DNA of 20,000 bases from Seison nebaliae (lineage: Eukaryota). Positions 19,513-20,000 of this stretch are shown piece after piece (position 1 is the first letter of the stretch; every line of letters starts with the position of its first letter). Position numbers and translations under genes: made by a program. Below the pieces are notes generated by a model. The model was not told the origin of the DNA. It saw nothing but the letters and a program-made list of their open reading frames with translations, and did no database searches. The stretch is from positions 48,602 through 68,601 of the forward strand of contig JALJEE010000958.1 in the NCBI GenBank assembly GCA_023231475.1, read 5' to 3'.

Positions 19513-19801
19513 TTAGGCCTTTCGGCATCCTTCACAGCATTCATCTTTCTTGTATTTTTTTTGTCCTGGAGGGCATTGAATTGGGGCACATTTTGGGACA
19601 CATGATATATCGTCGATTGTTTCACCACAAGTGCATTGTGAACACTTTGGAAGCATGTCAGCATATTTATCACAATTATCTGCTCGGCTATAAGCGATTG
19701 CTAATAAATCCAAATGAAACAATTATTATTAACATTAAAAAAATTTAAGAGTAACCGGTAATGAAAAGGAAAAGGAGAGTAATGAATTTAATTCCGAACA
19801 T
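19513..19801 (-). CDS. Small secreted single VWC (von Willebrand factor type C)-domain protein, 77 aa, 2 exons (19801-19756, 19700-19513)
   Basis: A 55-nt phase-1 intron, 19755-19701 (GTTACT...ATTAG), joins a signal peptide (MFGIKFITLLFLFITAIAYS) to a 10-Cys module, C-x9-C-x2-C-x-C-x8-C-x3-C-x4-C-x11-CC-x2-C, which contains the CxxCxC and CCxxC hallmarks of VWC. Confidence 0.82.
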
Positions 19802-20000
19802 TCTTTAAAAGTTTGTAGTTTGTAATAAAATTGTTTTGATTAAATGAAATCGATAAAAAGGTGAGGAATATCTTGTTTCTTTTATAAAGTTTAATATTCT
19901 CATTAACATCGAACGACTTCAATTAATTTCTAGGTAAAATCAGTTTTAATTGATAAGTATTAAGATATCAAAGTAACTGCTATGTAATTTATTCTAAATT

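Noticed and set aside
8574..19673. Other small overlapping ORFs (8574-8864, 11858-12103, 13478-13666, 13578-13820, 13890-14084, 14002-14199, 14019-14219, 14632-14820, 16080-16334, 16344-16607, 18531-18800, 19470-19673)
   Set aside because: All overlap better-supported genes in another frame or strand.
11267..19755. Introns as introner or transposon-derived elements with terminal inverted repeats
   Set aside because: The introns share no internal sequence similarity, complementarity does not extend beyond +4/-3, and there are no consistent target-site duplications.
11267..19755. U12-type (minor) introns
   Set aside because: No RTATCCTT donor or TCCTTAAC branch motif in any of the 13 introns.
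1..20000. Prokaryotic systems (CRISPR arrays, operons, defence islands) or transposable elements
   Set aside because: The content is spliceosomal-intron-bearing eukaryotic genes. No repeat-spacer array, transposase, reverse transcriptase or long terminal repeat was seen.

Overview
AT-rich, gene-dense eukaryotic DNA in the standard genetic code, most likely from a compact-genome invertebrate (it encodes an iGluR/IR-type receptor and a secreted VWC protein). The species cannot be determined from this window. Eight protein genes and one tRNA are supported: a KDM5/JARID1 histone demethylase (uninterrupted 6.4 kb ORF, open at the left edge); an SLC25A45/48-like mitochondrial carrier with a ~330-aa internal insertion; a 123-aa signal-anchored protein with an FFAT-like motif; a 168-aa Cys-rich membrane protein; a 6-exon divergent ionotropic receptor; a 5-exon ClC-7-like exchanger; a 3-exon ZCCHC24-type zinc-domain protein; an intron-containing tRNA-Tyr(GTA); and a 2-exon secreted single-VWC protein. 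The standout observation is the splicing code. All 13 introns reconstructed by hand (42-69 nt) begin GTT rather than GTR, and 8 of 13 end in AAG. In 11 of 13, intron base +4 is the Watson-Crick complement of base -3 (GTTT..AAG, GTTG..CAG, GTTA..TAG), which suggests that the two ends of each intron are matched to one another.
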